DNA of 26,251 nt, from positions 1 to 26,251 of IMG/VR virus record IMGVR_UViG_2585427768_000003; one strand, given 5' to 3'. Made by a program: the position numbers and the translations under genes. The notes beneath the pieces were generated by a model. It saw nothing but the letters and a program-made list of their open reading frames with translations. It searched no databases and was not told the origin of the DNA. The DNA is from a virus (lineage: Duplodnaviria > Heunggongvirae > Uroviricota > Caudoviricetes). Below are positions 8,337 through 16,366 of the stretch, piece by piece; position 1 is the stretch's first letter; each line of letters begins with the position of its first letter.

Positions 8337-9278
8337 ATGAGCACTAAATTAACCGGCTATGTATGGGATGGTTGCGCTGCATCAGGCATGAAATTATCCA
8401 GCGTGGCAATTATGGCCCGCCTGGCTGATTTCAGTAATGACGAAGGTGTGTGCTGGCCATCAATTGAAACTATTGCCCGTCAGATTGGCGCGGGGATGAG
8501 TACCGTCAGGACGGCTATCGCACGGCTGGAAGCAGAAGGCTGGTTAACACGTAAGGCGCGTCGCCAGGGTAACCGCAATGCGTCGAATGTTTATCAGCTT
8601 AACGTTGCGAAGCTTCAGGCAGCGGCATTTTCTCAACTGTCAGATTCTGACCCGTCAAAATCTGACGCATCAAAATCTGACCCGTCAAAATTTGATGCGT
8701 CGAAATCTGGCAAAAAAGCGGGTTTTCACCCGTCAGAATCTGGCGGGGATCCGTCAGTAAAATCAAAACATGATCCGTCAGATAAAAAACCTTCTCGTCC
8801 GGACGCTTCGCAACCGGACACGCAGACGGATGAACAGGATTTTTTAACTCGCCATCCTGATGCGGTTGTATTCAGCCCTAAAAAGCGCCAGTGGGGAACG
8901 CAGGATGATTTGACCTGCGCACAGTGGCTCTGGAAAAAAATCATCGCCCTGTACGAGCAAGCCGCCGAATGTGACGGCGAGGTGGTTCGTCCCAAAGAAC
9001 CGAACTGGACAGCCTGGGCAAACGAAATTCGCCTGATGTGTGTGCAGGATGGTCGTACTCACAAACAAATCTGCGAGATGTACAGCCGCGTCAGCCGCGA
9101 TCCGTTCTGGTGCCGTAACGTGCTCAGCCCGTCGAAGTTGCGGGAAAAATGGGATGAGCTTTCCCTGCGCTTATCACCGTCCGTCAGCACGTACACCGAA
9201 AAACGCGAAGACCCGTACTTCAAAGCCAGTTACGACAACGTGGACTACAGCCAGATCCCGGCAGGATTCAGGGGGTGA
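8337..9278 (+). CDS. phage replication initiation protein (N-terminal HTH, C-terminal DnaT-like domain)
   Basis: 313 aa; ATG at 8337 with AGAGG upstream; N-terminus typical of replication-initiator HTH proteins; C-terminus ends ...DYSQIPAGFRG, resembling the DnaT C-terminal ...SQIPPGFRG; central linker encoded by an iteron array. Confidence 0.75.
   Translation: MSTKLTGYVWDGCAASGMKLSSVAIMARLADFSNDEGVCWPSIETIARQIGAGMSTVRTAIARLEAEGWLTRKARRQGNRNASNVYQLNVAKLQAAAFSQLSDSDPSKSDASKSDPSKFDASKSGKKAGFHPSESGGDPSVKSKHDPSDKKPSRPDASQPDTQTDEQDFLTRHPDAVVFSPKKRQWGTQDDLTCAQWLWKKIIALYEQAAECDGEVVRPKEPNWTAWANEIRLMCVQDGRTHKQICEMYSRVSRDPFWCRNVLSPSKLREKWDELSLRLSPSVSTYTEKREDPYFKASYDNVDYSQIPAGFRG
8639..8744 (+). repeat. 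iteron array (putative origin) inside the replication gene: 13-bp GTCARAATCTGAC-like repeats
   Basis: five copies at exact 15-bp phasing starting 8639, 8654, 8669, 8684, 8699 and a sixth at 8732; first copy GTCAGATTCTGAC is palindromic; degenerate copies to ~8780 followed by A-rich tract. Confidence 0.7.
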
Positions 9279-9280
9279 TC

Positions 9281-9769
9281 ATGAGTCTTTTGAATGACGT
9301 TCAGAAATTCATTGAAGCCCATCCGGGGTGTACTTCCGGAGACATTGCAGATGCTTTTGCTGGTTACTCACGGCAGCGCGTTCTGCAGTCAGCAAGCAAG
9401 TTACGTCAGAGTGGGCGTGTGGCTCACCGTTGTGAAGGGGATACACGCAGACATTTCCCGCGCCTGACTGAGAGAGCGCAGGAGCCGGAACCACAACCAG
9501 TTCGTGAAACCAGACCTGTGCGCAATTTCTATGTCGGCACTAACGACCCCCGGGTGATTTTGTGCCTGACCCGCCAGGCTGAAGAACTGGAGTCCAGGGG
9601 CTTATTCCGTCGAGCTGCAACGGTGTGGATGGAGGCATTCCGTGAAAGCCACTCCCAGCCAGAACGAAACAATTTTCTGGCGCATCGTGAGCGGTGCTTA
9701 CGGAAAAGCAGCAAGCGCGCTGCATCGGGTGAAGAGTGGTATCTGTCAGGGAATTACGTGGGGGCTTAA
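9281..9769 (+). CDS. hypothetical protein with putative winged-helix N-terminus
   Basis: 162 aa from ATG at 9281 (track start 9275 is GTG); upstream stop overlaps; weak resemblance to wHTH regulators, function not established. Confidence 0.55.
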   Translation: MSLLNDVQKFIEAHPGCTSGDIADAFAGYSRQRVLQSASKLRQSGRVAHRCEGDTRRHFPRLTERAQEPEPQPVRETRPVRNFYVGTNDPRVILCLTRQAEELESRGLFRRAATVWMEAFRESHSQPERNNFLAHRERCLRKSSKRAASGEEWYLSGNYVGA

Positions 9770-10422
9770 TGAGTAATAAATATTGCCAGGCGCTGGTGGA
9801 GCTGCGAAACAAACCAGCCCATGAACTGAAGGAAGTGGGCGATCAGTGGCGCACGCCGGACAACATTTTCTGGGGAATTAACACCCTGTTTGGCCCGTTT
9901 GTTCTGGATCTGTTCACTGATGGTGATAACGCCAAATGTGCCGCTTATTACACTGCGGAAGACAACGCGCTGGCGCATGACTGGTCTGAACGTCTTGCGG
10001 AGCTTAAAGGTGCTGCCTTTGGTAATCCCCCGTACAGCCGCGCCAGTCAGCATGAGGGGCAATACATCACCGGCATGCGTTACATCATGAAACATGCCAG
10101 TGCTATGCGTGATAAAGGCGGGCGCTATGTTTTCCTGATCAAAGCTGCCACCAGCGAAGTTTGGTGGCCGGAAGATGCAGACCATATTGCTTTTATTCGC
10201 GGGCGTATTGGTTTTGAACTGCCAGCCTGGTTTATCCCGAAGGATGAGAAGCAGGTTCCGACAGGAGCTTTCTTCGCTGGTGCTATTGCTGTTTTCGACA
10301 AGACCTGGAAGGGACCGGCAATCAGCTACATCGGGCGCGATGAACTTGAGGCATGTGGTGAGGCCTTTCTGGCGCAGGTTCGCCAGCAGGCAGAAAAACT
10401 GGTCAGGGAGATGGTGGCATGA
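9769..10422 (+). CDS. phage DNA N6-adenine methyltransferase (Dam-like, orphan)
   Basis: 217 aa from ATG at 9769 (TAATG overlap with upstream stop); catalytic NPPY motif in AAFGNPPYS; no adjacent restriction endonuclease gene. Confidence 0.85.
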   Translation: MSNKYCQALVELRNKPAHELKEVGDQWRTPDNIFWGINTLFGPFVLDLFTDGDNAKCAAYYTAEDNALAHDWSERLAELKGAAFGNPPYSRASQHEGQYITGMRYIMKHASAMRDKGGRYVFLIKAATSEVWWPEDADHIAFIRGRIGFELPAWFIPKDEKQVPTGAFFAGAIAVFDKTWKGPAISYIGRDELEACGEAFLAQVRQQAEKLVREMVA

Positions 10423-10868
10423 CGACGTTAACTCAATGCCAGCAGCAGGTGCTGGATATGCTGATTTCTTATCAGAAAGAACGTGGCTTCCCGCCAACCA
10501 ATCAGGAGGTGGCAACCATGCTGGGATATCAGACCGGACGCCTGGCACGTTCGATTGGTTACATGGTACCCAGAGCCAGTAAACATCGCCCTGGTTTTAT
10601 GGCACGTATAGCCCCTAACCAGCGTAATGGAGAGGGAAACCGCCGTATCACCGGTGATTTTTATCCGGCTTTTTTGTTCTATGGCGTGAGGCGAGGGGCA
10701 AAGCGTCGTCGCAGCCATCATCGTGGTGCATCCGGTGGCAGCGGCTGGCGACTGGCTCCACGTAATAACTTCATGGTGGAAACGCTTGAAAAGAACCGCA
10801 GCTGGACACGCTATTTTCTGGCGCGGGAATTGCGTAAATCACTGAAGCCGGAGCGACGACGCAGATGA
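10419..10868 (+). CDS. protein with LexA-like N-terminal DNA-binding domain and highly basic C-terminal half; possible chimeric junction ORF
   Basis: N-terminus MTTLTQCQQQVLDMLISYQKERGFPPTNQEVATMLGYQ resembles the LexA N-terminal wHTH; C-terminal half Arg/Gly-rich with no recognisable fold; ATGA overlaps at both ends. Confidence 0.5.
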   Translation: MTTLTQCQQQVLDMLISYQKERGFPPTNQEVATMLGYQTGRLARSIGYMVPRASKHRPGFMARIAPNQRNGEGNRRITGDFYPAFLFYGVRRGAKRRRSHHRGASGGSGWRLAPRNNFMVETLEKNRSWTRYFLARELRKSLKPERRRR

Positions 10869-11425
10869 AACTGACGCCTGTTATTGCTGCGCTGCGTGCC
10901 CGCTGCCCGTATTTTGAAAACCGGGTGGCAGGCGCGGCACAGTTCAAAAATCTGCCGGAGGTCGGAAAGTTGAGACTCCCGGCGGCGTATGTGGTACCGG
11001 GTGATGACTCTCCGGGAGAAAACAAAAGCCAGACCGACTACTGGCAGGAGCTGAAAGAGGGCTTCTCCGTGGTTGTCATACTGAGTAACGGGCGTGATGA
11101 GCGCGGTCAGTTTGCCTCGTATGATGTGGTGGACGATGTCCGGCAGATGCTCTTTAAGGCCCTGCTGGGCTGGAACCCGGAAGCGTGCGGTAACCCGATT
11201 ACCTATGACGGCGGCACGCTGCTGGATCTGAATCGTCATGAGCTGATTTATCAGTTCGATTTTTCGGTCATCAGCGAGCTGACCGAAGACGATCCCCGCC
11301 AGCAGGATGAGCTGAACAATCTGGATGAACTGCGAACGCTGGCGATTGATGTTGATTATCTCGATCCCGGTAACGGGCCTGACGGCGATATCGAACATCA
11401 CACCGAAATAACCCTTCCTTCCTGA
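10865..11425 (+). CDS. putative virion / tail-completion protein (Mu gp37-like position)
   Basis: 186-aa acidic protein; ATGA overlap with upstream gene; immediately precedes the sheath gene cluster; the overlapping antisense ORF 10811..11401 is rejected. Confidence 0.5.
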   Translation: MKLTPVIAALRARCPYFENRVAGAAQFKNLPEVGKLRLPAAYVVPGDDSPGENKSQTDYWQELKEGFSVVVILSNGRDERGQFASYDVVDDVRQMLFKALLGWNPEACGNPITYDGGTLLDLNRHELIYQFDFSVISELTEDDPRQQDELNNLDELRTLAIDVDYLDPGNGPDGDIEHHTEITLPS

Positions 11426-11433
11426 GAATCTTC

Positions 11434-11604
11434 ATGTTTGTGAAACCTGTTAAAGGGCGGTCAGTGCCTGACCCTGCCCGCGGTGACCTTTTGCCCGCCG
11501 AAGGGCGAAATGTTGACGAGAACAACTACTGGCTGCGCCGTGAAGCAGCGGGTGATATCCGGCGCGTGAATAAAAAGGTGAACACCGATGACGATAAGCT
11601 TTAA
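11434..11604 (+). CDS. small conserved protein preceding tail sheath (DUF2635-like)
   Basis: 56-aa ORF MFVKPVKGRSVPDPARGDLLPAEGRNVDENNYWLRR... not in the ORF track (under 60 aa); family from recall; 3' end overlaps the sheath start. Confidence 0.5.
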   Translation: MFVKPVKGRSVPDPARGDLLPAEGRNVDENNYWLRREAAGDIRRVNKKVNTDDDKL

Positions 11605-13084
11605 CACCATTCCGTCGAATACGCTGGTTCCGCTGTTTTATGCGGAAATGGATAACTCGGCGGCGAATACTGCACAGGACAGCGGGGCATCGTTGCTGAT
11701 TGGTCACGCCAATAACGGTGCAGAGATTGTTGCCAACAGTCTGGTGCTGATGCCGTCGGCAGACTATGCACGCCAGATTTGTGGTGCGGGAAGTCAGCTG
11801 GCGCGTATGGTCGAGGCTTATCGCCAGACCGACCCGTTTGGCGAGCTGTATGTGATTGCCGTTCCGGAAGCCACAGGCGCGGCGGCAACGGTTACGCTGA
11901 CGGTGACCGGAGCAGCAACCGAAACCGGCACGGTGAATGTGTATGTGGGACGTACCCGCGTGCAGGCACCGGTGACCAACGGCGATAACGTCACGACGAT
12001 TGCCAGCAGTATCAAAGATGCCATCAATGCCGTTCCGGCCCTGCCGTTTACGGCCTCATCTTCGGCAGGCGTGGTCACACTGACCGCGCGTCATAAGGGG
12101 CTTTGCGGGAATGAAATTCCTGTCAGCCTCAATTACTACGGCTTTGGTGGGGGCGAAGTGCTGCCAGCGGGTGTACAGATTGCCGTGGCGACGGGGACCG
12201 CCGGAACGGGCGCTCCGGTTCTCACCGGTGCGGTGGCTGCAATGGCGGATGAGCCGTTTGATTATATCGGTCTGCCGTTCAACGACACGGCCTCCGTTAA
12301 CACGCTGGTGACCGAGATGAACGATACCAGCGGTCGCTGGAGCTATGCGCGTCAGCTGTATGGTCATGTGTATACGGCAAAGATCGGCACGCTGTCAGAA
12401 CTGGTGACCGCAGGTGACCAGTTTAACCAGCAGCACATCACCCTGGCGGGGTACGAAAAAGAGACCCAGACGCCTGCCGACGAGCTGGCGGCAAGCCGTA
12501 CCGCCCGCGCAGCGGTGTTTATCCGCAACGATCCGGCACGTCCCACGCAGACCGGTGAGCTGGTGGGTATGCTGCCTGCGCCGAAGGGGAAACGGTTCAC
12601 GATGACCGAGCAGCAGACCCTGCTGTCTCATGGCGTGGCAACGGCGTATGTCGAAAGCGGGGTGCTGCGCATTCAGCGTGATGTCACCACGTACAGGAAA
12701 AATGCTTACGGGGTTGCGGATAACAGCTACCTCGACAGCGAGACGCTGCATACCAGTGCGTATGTACTGCGCAAACTGAAATCCGTCATTACCAGTAAGT
12801 ACGGGCGTCACAAGCTTGCCTGTGACGGTACCCGCTTTGGTCCCGGTCAGGCGATTGTCACCCCGGCGGTGATCAAAGGGGAACTGCTGGCAACCTACCG
12901 TCAGCTCGAGCGTGCGGGGATCGTGGAAAACTACGAACTGTTCAAGCAGTACCTGGTTGTGGAGCGTGATGCCAGCGATCCGAACCGCCTGAACACGCTG
13001 TTCCCGCCTGACTATGTTAACCAGTTGCGTGTCTTTGCCGTGGTTAACCAGTTCCGTCTTCAGTATTCAGAGGAGTCTGCATAA
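11588..13084 (+). CDS. contractile tail sheath protein (Mu L-like)
   Basis: 498 aa; size, position and N-terminus consistent with Mu-type sheath; followed by tube, chaperone and tape-measure genes. Confidence 0.85.
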   Translation: MTISFNTIPSNTLVPLFYAEMDNSAANTAQDSGASLLIGHANNGAEIVANSLVLMPSADYARQICGAGSQLARMVEAYRQTDPFGELYVIAVPEATGAAATVTLTVTGAATETGTVNVYVGRTRVQAPVTNGDNVTTIASSIKDAINAVPALPFTASSSAGVVTLTARHKGLCGNEIPVSLNYYGFGGGEVLPAGVQIAVATGTAGTGAPVLTGAVAAMADEPFDYIGLPFNDTASVNTLVTEMNDTSGRWSYARQLYGHVYTAKIGTLSELVTAGDQFNQQHITLAGYEKETQTPADELAASRTARAAVFIRNDPARPTQTGELVGMLPAPKGKRFTMTEQQTLLSHGVATAYVESGVLRIQRDVTTYRKNAYGVADNSYLDSETLHTSAYVLRKLKSVITSKYGRHKLACDGTRFGPGQAIVTPAVIKGELLATYRQLERAGIVENYELFKQYLVVERDASDPNRLNTLFPPDYVNQLRVFAVVNQFRLQYSEESA

Positions 13085-13440
13085 TGGCCCGTATCGGGGG
13101 AACCTGTTATTTCAAAATTGACGGTCAGCAGCTATCGCTGACCGGCGGCATTGAGGTGCCCATGAACAGGACGGTCAATGATGACATCATCGGCCTGGAC
13201 GGTTCAGTGGACCGCAAGGAAACTCACCGTGCGCCTTATGTCAAAGGGACCTTCAAGGTGCCGAAGAATTTTCCGGTGAGCAAAATCACCTCGTCTGATG
13301 AGATGACCATCACTGCCGAGCTGGCGAACGGTCAGGTCTATGTACTGTCGTCTGCCTGGCTGCACGGCGAAGCGAACCATAATGCCGAAGAAGGCACGGT
13401 CGATCTTGAGTTCCACGGTGAAGAAGGGGATTACCAGTAA
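13084..13440 (+). CDS. tail tube protein (Mu M-like)
   Basis: 118 aa; TAATG overlap with sheath stop; canonical position between sheath and chaperone. Confidence 0.8.
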   Translation: MARIGGTCYFKIDGQQLSLTGGIEVPMNRTVNDDIIGLDGSVDRKETHRAPYVKGTFKVPKNFPVSKITSSDEMTITAELANGQVYVLSSAWLHGEANHNAEEGTVDLEFHGEEGDYQ

Positions 13441-13709
13441 TGAAAGAGCTTGAGTTAAAGAAACCGATTACCGCTCATGGCGAGACACTCTCCGTACTGG
13501 AGTTTGATGAGCCCACCGGGAAAGATGTCCGCGAGCTGGGGTATCCCTACCAGATGAATCAGGATGAGTCCGTCAGACTTCTGGCGCATGTGGTATCGAA
13601 ATATATTGTGCGGCTGGCGAAAGTGCCGCAAAGCTCTGTCGACCAGATGTCTCCGGCAGACCTGAATGCAGCGGCGTGGCTTGTGGCTGGTTTTTTCCTC
13701 CAGGCCTGA
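13440..13709 (+). CDS. tail assembly chaperone (short, in-frame product)
   Basis: 89 aa; position before the tape measure gene; contains slippery heptamer T TTT TTC at 13691..13697 near its 3' end. Confidence 0.8.
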   Translation: MKELELKKPITAHGETLSVLEFDEPTGKDVRELGYPYQMNQDESVRLLAHVVSKYIVRLAKVPQSSVDQMSPADLNAAAWLVAGFFLQA

Positions 13710-13858
13710 CGGCTGAATACCTTACTGATCGCTTCTTTGATTGCGCCAGCTACTGGCGCATTAATCCCTTCGAATTGCTGAATATGCCGATCAGTGAAAT
13801 TCCCTTGCTGGTCAGTCAGGCAAACAGGATAGAGCAGGAGAAACGCACACATGGCTGA
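13440..13858 (+). CDS. tail assembly chaperone, predicted -1 frameshift fusion product
   Basis: -1 frame after the slippery site stays open to 13858 (FFPPGLTAEYLTDRFFD...) and overlaps the tape-measure start, the conserved G/GT-type arrangement. Confidence 0.65.
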
Positions 13859-15683
13859 ATTTGAGCTTAAGGCGTTGATCACCGGTGTCGACAGGCTTTC
13901 TCCCGCGCTGTCGAAAATGCAAAAGAAAATCCGGGGATTTAAACGCCAGGCGGAAGAAGCGTCACAGGGTGGGCTGGCGCTTGGTGGCGGACTGGCAGCG
14001 GGTCTGACGCTTTCCCTGAAATCTTATGCCGATCAGGAAAACGCCGCCACCGGGCTGAAAGTCGCCATGATGGATGCGAATGGCGAGGTTGGAAAGAGCT
14101 TTCAGGACATCAATAAACTGGCTATTGGCCTGGGTAACCAGCTACCCGGTACAACGGCTGATTTCCAGAACATGATGCAGATGCTGGTGCGTCAGGGGAT
14201 CCCGGCAGAAAACATTCTTGGCGGTGTGGGTAAAGCGACAGCTTATCTTGCGGTACAACTGAAAAAAACACCGGAAGCGGCTGCTGAGTTTGCTGCAAAG
14301 ATGCAGGATGCTACCGGAACGGCGTCAGAAGACATGATGGGGCTGTTCGACACTATCCAGAAGGCGTTTTATCTGGGCGTTGACGATACCAACATGTTGT
14401 CCTTCTTCACTAAAACCAGTTCTGTTCTGAAGATGGTGAACAAGGACGGTCTTCAGGCTGCACAGAGCCTTGCCCCCATCAGCGTCATGATGGATCAGAT
14501 GGGGATGAACGGGGAGTCGGCAGGTAATGCCCTGCGAAAAGTTATCCAGTCCGGATTAAGCGTTAAGAAAATCAGGGACGTCAATAAAATCATGGCCCGC
14601 CAGAAACTCGGGGTACAGCTCGATTTTACTGACGGCAAAGGAAGTTTTGGCGGTCTTGATAACATGTTCAGGCAACTGGCAAAGCTGCGAAAACTGACCG
14701 ACGTTAAGCGAACAGGTGTACTTAAGGCAATATTTGGTGATGATGCCGAAACCCTTCAGGTGGTCAATGCACTAATCGATAAAGGAAAGGATGGCTACGA
14801 TCAGATCCAGCAGAAGATGAATAAACAGGCCAGCCTGAATAAACGTGTTCAGGCCCAGCTTGGTACGCTGTCCAACCTGTGGGAGGCAATGACGGGGACC
14901 GCAACTAACGGCCTTGCGGCTATTGGCGGCGCATTTTCTGGTGACGCCAAAAATATCACGCAATGGCTGGGGGAGTTGGGGGAGAAATTCACGAAGTTTG
15001 CGGATGAAAATCCCCGGGTTATTCGCGGCGTCGTCGGGCTTGCTGCCGGTCTTGCGATTCTGAAACTGGGATTGATGGGCGTGGGCAGTGCCATCAGTAT
15101 CGTCAGCAGGATCATGTCGATGACGCCGATTGGCATGATTGCGACGGCGATTGCCCTGGCTGCGGGATTAATTATCACTAACTGGGATGTTGTCGGACCT
15201 TATTTTAAGAAACTCTGGGAAACCATTAGTCCTTATTTTGAGGCTGGCTGGGAACTTCTGAAGAAGGTTTTTGCCTGGTCGCCGCTGGGGATGGTGATCA
15301 ATAACTGGGGACCGGTTGTTAAGTGGTTTCAGGATATGTGGGATAAGCTGAAGCCGATTATTGAATGGTTTACCGACAGTTCCGGTGACACGGTCGATGC
15401 CATTAACTCGGCGCAGTGGGGCGCGGGTGCTTATGATGCTTATGGGACGGGAATACCGGCACGGGGATACACGCCTTATCCGGCGGTGGATCCGGCTCAG
15501 GCAAACAACGCCTCCGATGCCACAGGCTCGAATCCCTTCATGATTAATAAAGCTACCGCGCCAAAAGTTGATGGTGAGATCAAGGTATCATTTATAAATA
15601 TGCCACCAGATATGCGGGTTACGGAAACACGCTCCAGTGGCATTGATATAAATCACGATGTTGGCTATACCCGATTTTGGTAG
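13851..15683 (+). CDS. tail tape measure protein
   Basis: 610 aa; Ala/Gly/Leu-rich with long hydrophobic central segments typical of tape measure proteins; located after the chaperone pair. Confidence 0.85.
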   Translation: MAEFELKALITGVDRLSPALSKMQKKIRGFKRQAEEASQGGLALGGGLAAGLTLSLKSYADQENAATGLKVAMMDANGEVGKSFQDINKLAIGLGNQLPGTTADFQNMMQMLVRQGIPAENILGGVGKATAYLAVQLKKTPEAAAEFAAKMQDATGTASEDMMGLFDTIQKAFYLGVDDTNMLSFFTKTSSVLKMVNKDGLQAAQSLAPISVMMDQMGMNGESAGNALRKVIQSGLSVKKIRDVNKIMARQKLGVQLDFTDGKGSFGGLDNMFRQLAKLRKLTDVKRTGVLKAIFGDDAETLQVVNALIDKGKDGYDQIQQKMNKQASLNKRVQAQLGTLSNLWEAMTGTATNGLAAIGGAFSGDAKNITQWLGELGEKFTKFADENPRVIRGVVGLAAGLAILKLGLMGVGSAISIVSRIMSMTPIGMIATAIALAAGLIITNWDVVGPYFKKLWETISPYFEAGWELLKKVFAWSPLGMVINNWGPVVKWFQDMWDKLKPIIEWFTDSSGDTVDAINSAQWGAGAYDAYGTGIPARGYTPYPAVDPAQANNASDATGSNPFMINKATAPKVDGEIKVSFINMPPDMRVTETRSSGIDINHDVGYTRFW

Positions 15684-15711
15684 CCAGGATTCCCCTCACA
15701 GGTATTGCTGG

Positions 15712-15739
15712 TTGTAAGTCATAAATAGAGTGATAGAAT
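15712..15739 (+). promoter_or_regulatory. putative sigma70 promoter for the moron gene (-35 TTGTAA, 16-bp spacer, -10 TAGAAT)
   Basis: TTGTAA at 15712..15717 and TAGAAT at 15734..15739, about 36 bp upstream of the ATG at 15775, in an AT-rich insert. Confidence 0.5.
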
Positions 15740-15774
15740 TAATGCACATTTAGAAAAATGTTAATAGGCGAAAA

Positions 15775-16305
15775 ATGAAAGGCTATATCACAGCAAGTGT
15801 AATTCTTGGAGCAGCGGCTATTTTTTCATCTCTCATAATCTCTGGCAACATCTCCTTTAAAGATGAACATATTATTCAGTTATCTGGAGGAGCCATAAAA
15901 CTTGGTGATGTTTATAAAGAAAATAAATTGATAAGTGCAAAGATTATTTTTCCAGATAATCAGGGTGAACAGATTCTTGTTGTCGACGGCAATCCTGAAA
16001 ACTTTAAGGAGGATTTTCAGGAGAAATTAAATAAAGTAATAAAAACTTTAAATGCGTCAAAGAAAAAAGATGAAGAGAAAGTTAGCCTGGATAATTTAAG
16101 TGTTATTGAAGAGTCTAAACTAGAGCTCGTTTCTGCGGTGCGTTACTCTGCTCAGTATGTTCCTATGTTTACTCTGACGCTGGACAAAAAAGAAATTACC
16201 ATGCCTAAAAATACGGTAATATTTCCATTTGCCAGCGATGAAACAGCTAAGTATTTAAATGAACAACAGCAAAAGTATAAAGATTCGTTGTTTCTGACTC
16301 GCTAA
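15775..16305 (+). CDS. moron-encoded hypothetical membrane-anchored or secreted protein
   Basis: 176 aa; N-terminal hydrophobic segment ITASVILGAAAIFSSLIISG; Lys/Glu-rich remainder; strongly AT-rich relative to flanking tail genes; own promoter-like and terminator elements. Confidence 0.7.
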   Translation: MKGYITASVILGAAAIFSSLIISGNISFKDEHIIQLSGGAIKLGDVYKENKLISAKIIFPDNQGEQILVVDGNPENFKEDFQEKLNKVIKTLNASKKKDEEKVSLDNLSVIEESKLELVSAVRYSAQYVPMFTLTLDKKEITMPKNTVIFPFASDETAKYLNEQQQKYKDSLFLTR

Positions 16306-16322
16306 TTAATAAAATTCATTAC

Positions 16323-16356
16323 AAGGCCACCTTCTAATAGGTGGCTTTTTTATTTT
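16323..16356 (+). terminator. Rho-independent terminator after the moron gene
   Basis: stem GCCACC (16326..16331) / GGTGGC (16340..16345), 8-nt loop, followed by TTTTTTATTTT. Confidence 0.7.
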
Positions 16357-16366
16357 CGGAGTGTAT

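Noticed and set aside
8639-8744. Regularly spaced short repeats that could be mistaken for a CRISPR array
   Set aside because: 15-bp periodicity with no spacers of CRISPR length, located inside a coding sequence; they behave as replication iterons. No CRISPR array found in the window.
10811-11401. 196-aa minus-strand ORF antisense to the gp37-like gene, and similar antisense ORFs in the tail module (e.g. 16991..17335, 17047..17544, 18310..18789, 19274..19732, 21159..21557)
   Set aside because: They lie inside well-supported, translationally coupled plus-strand genes and have Arg/Gly/Pro-rich low-complexity translations typical of antisense reading of GC-rich coding DNA.
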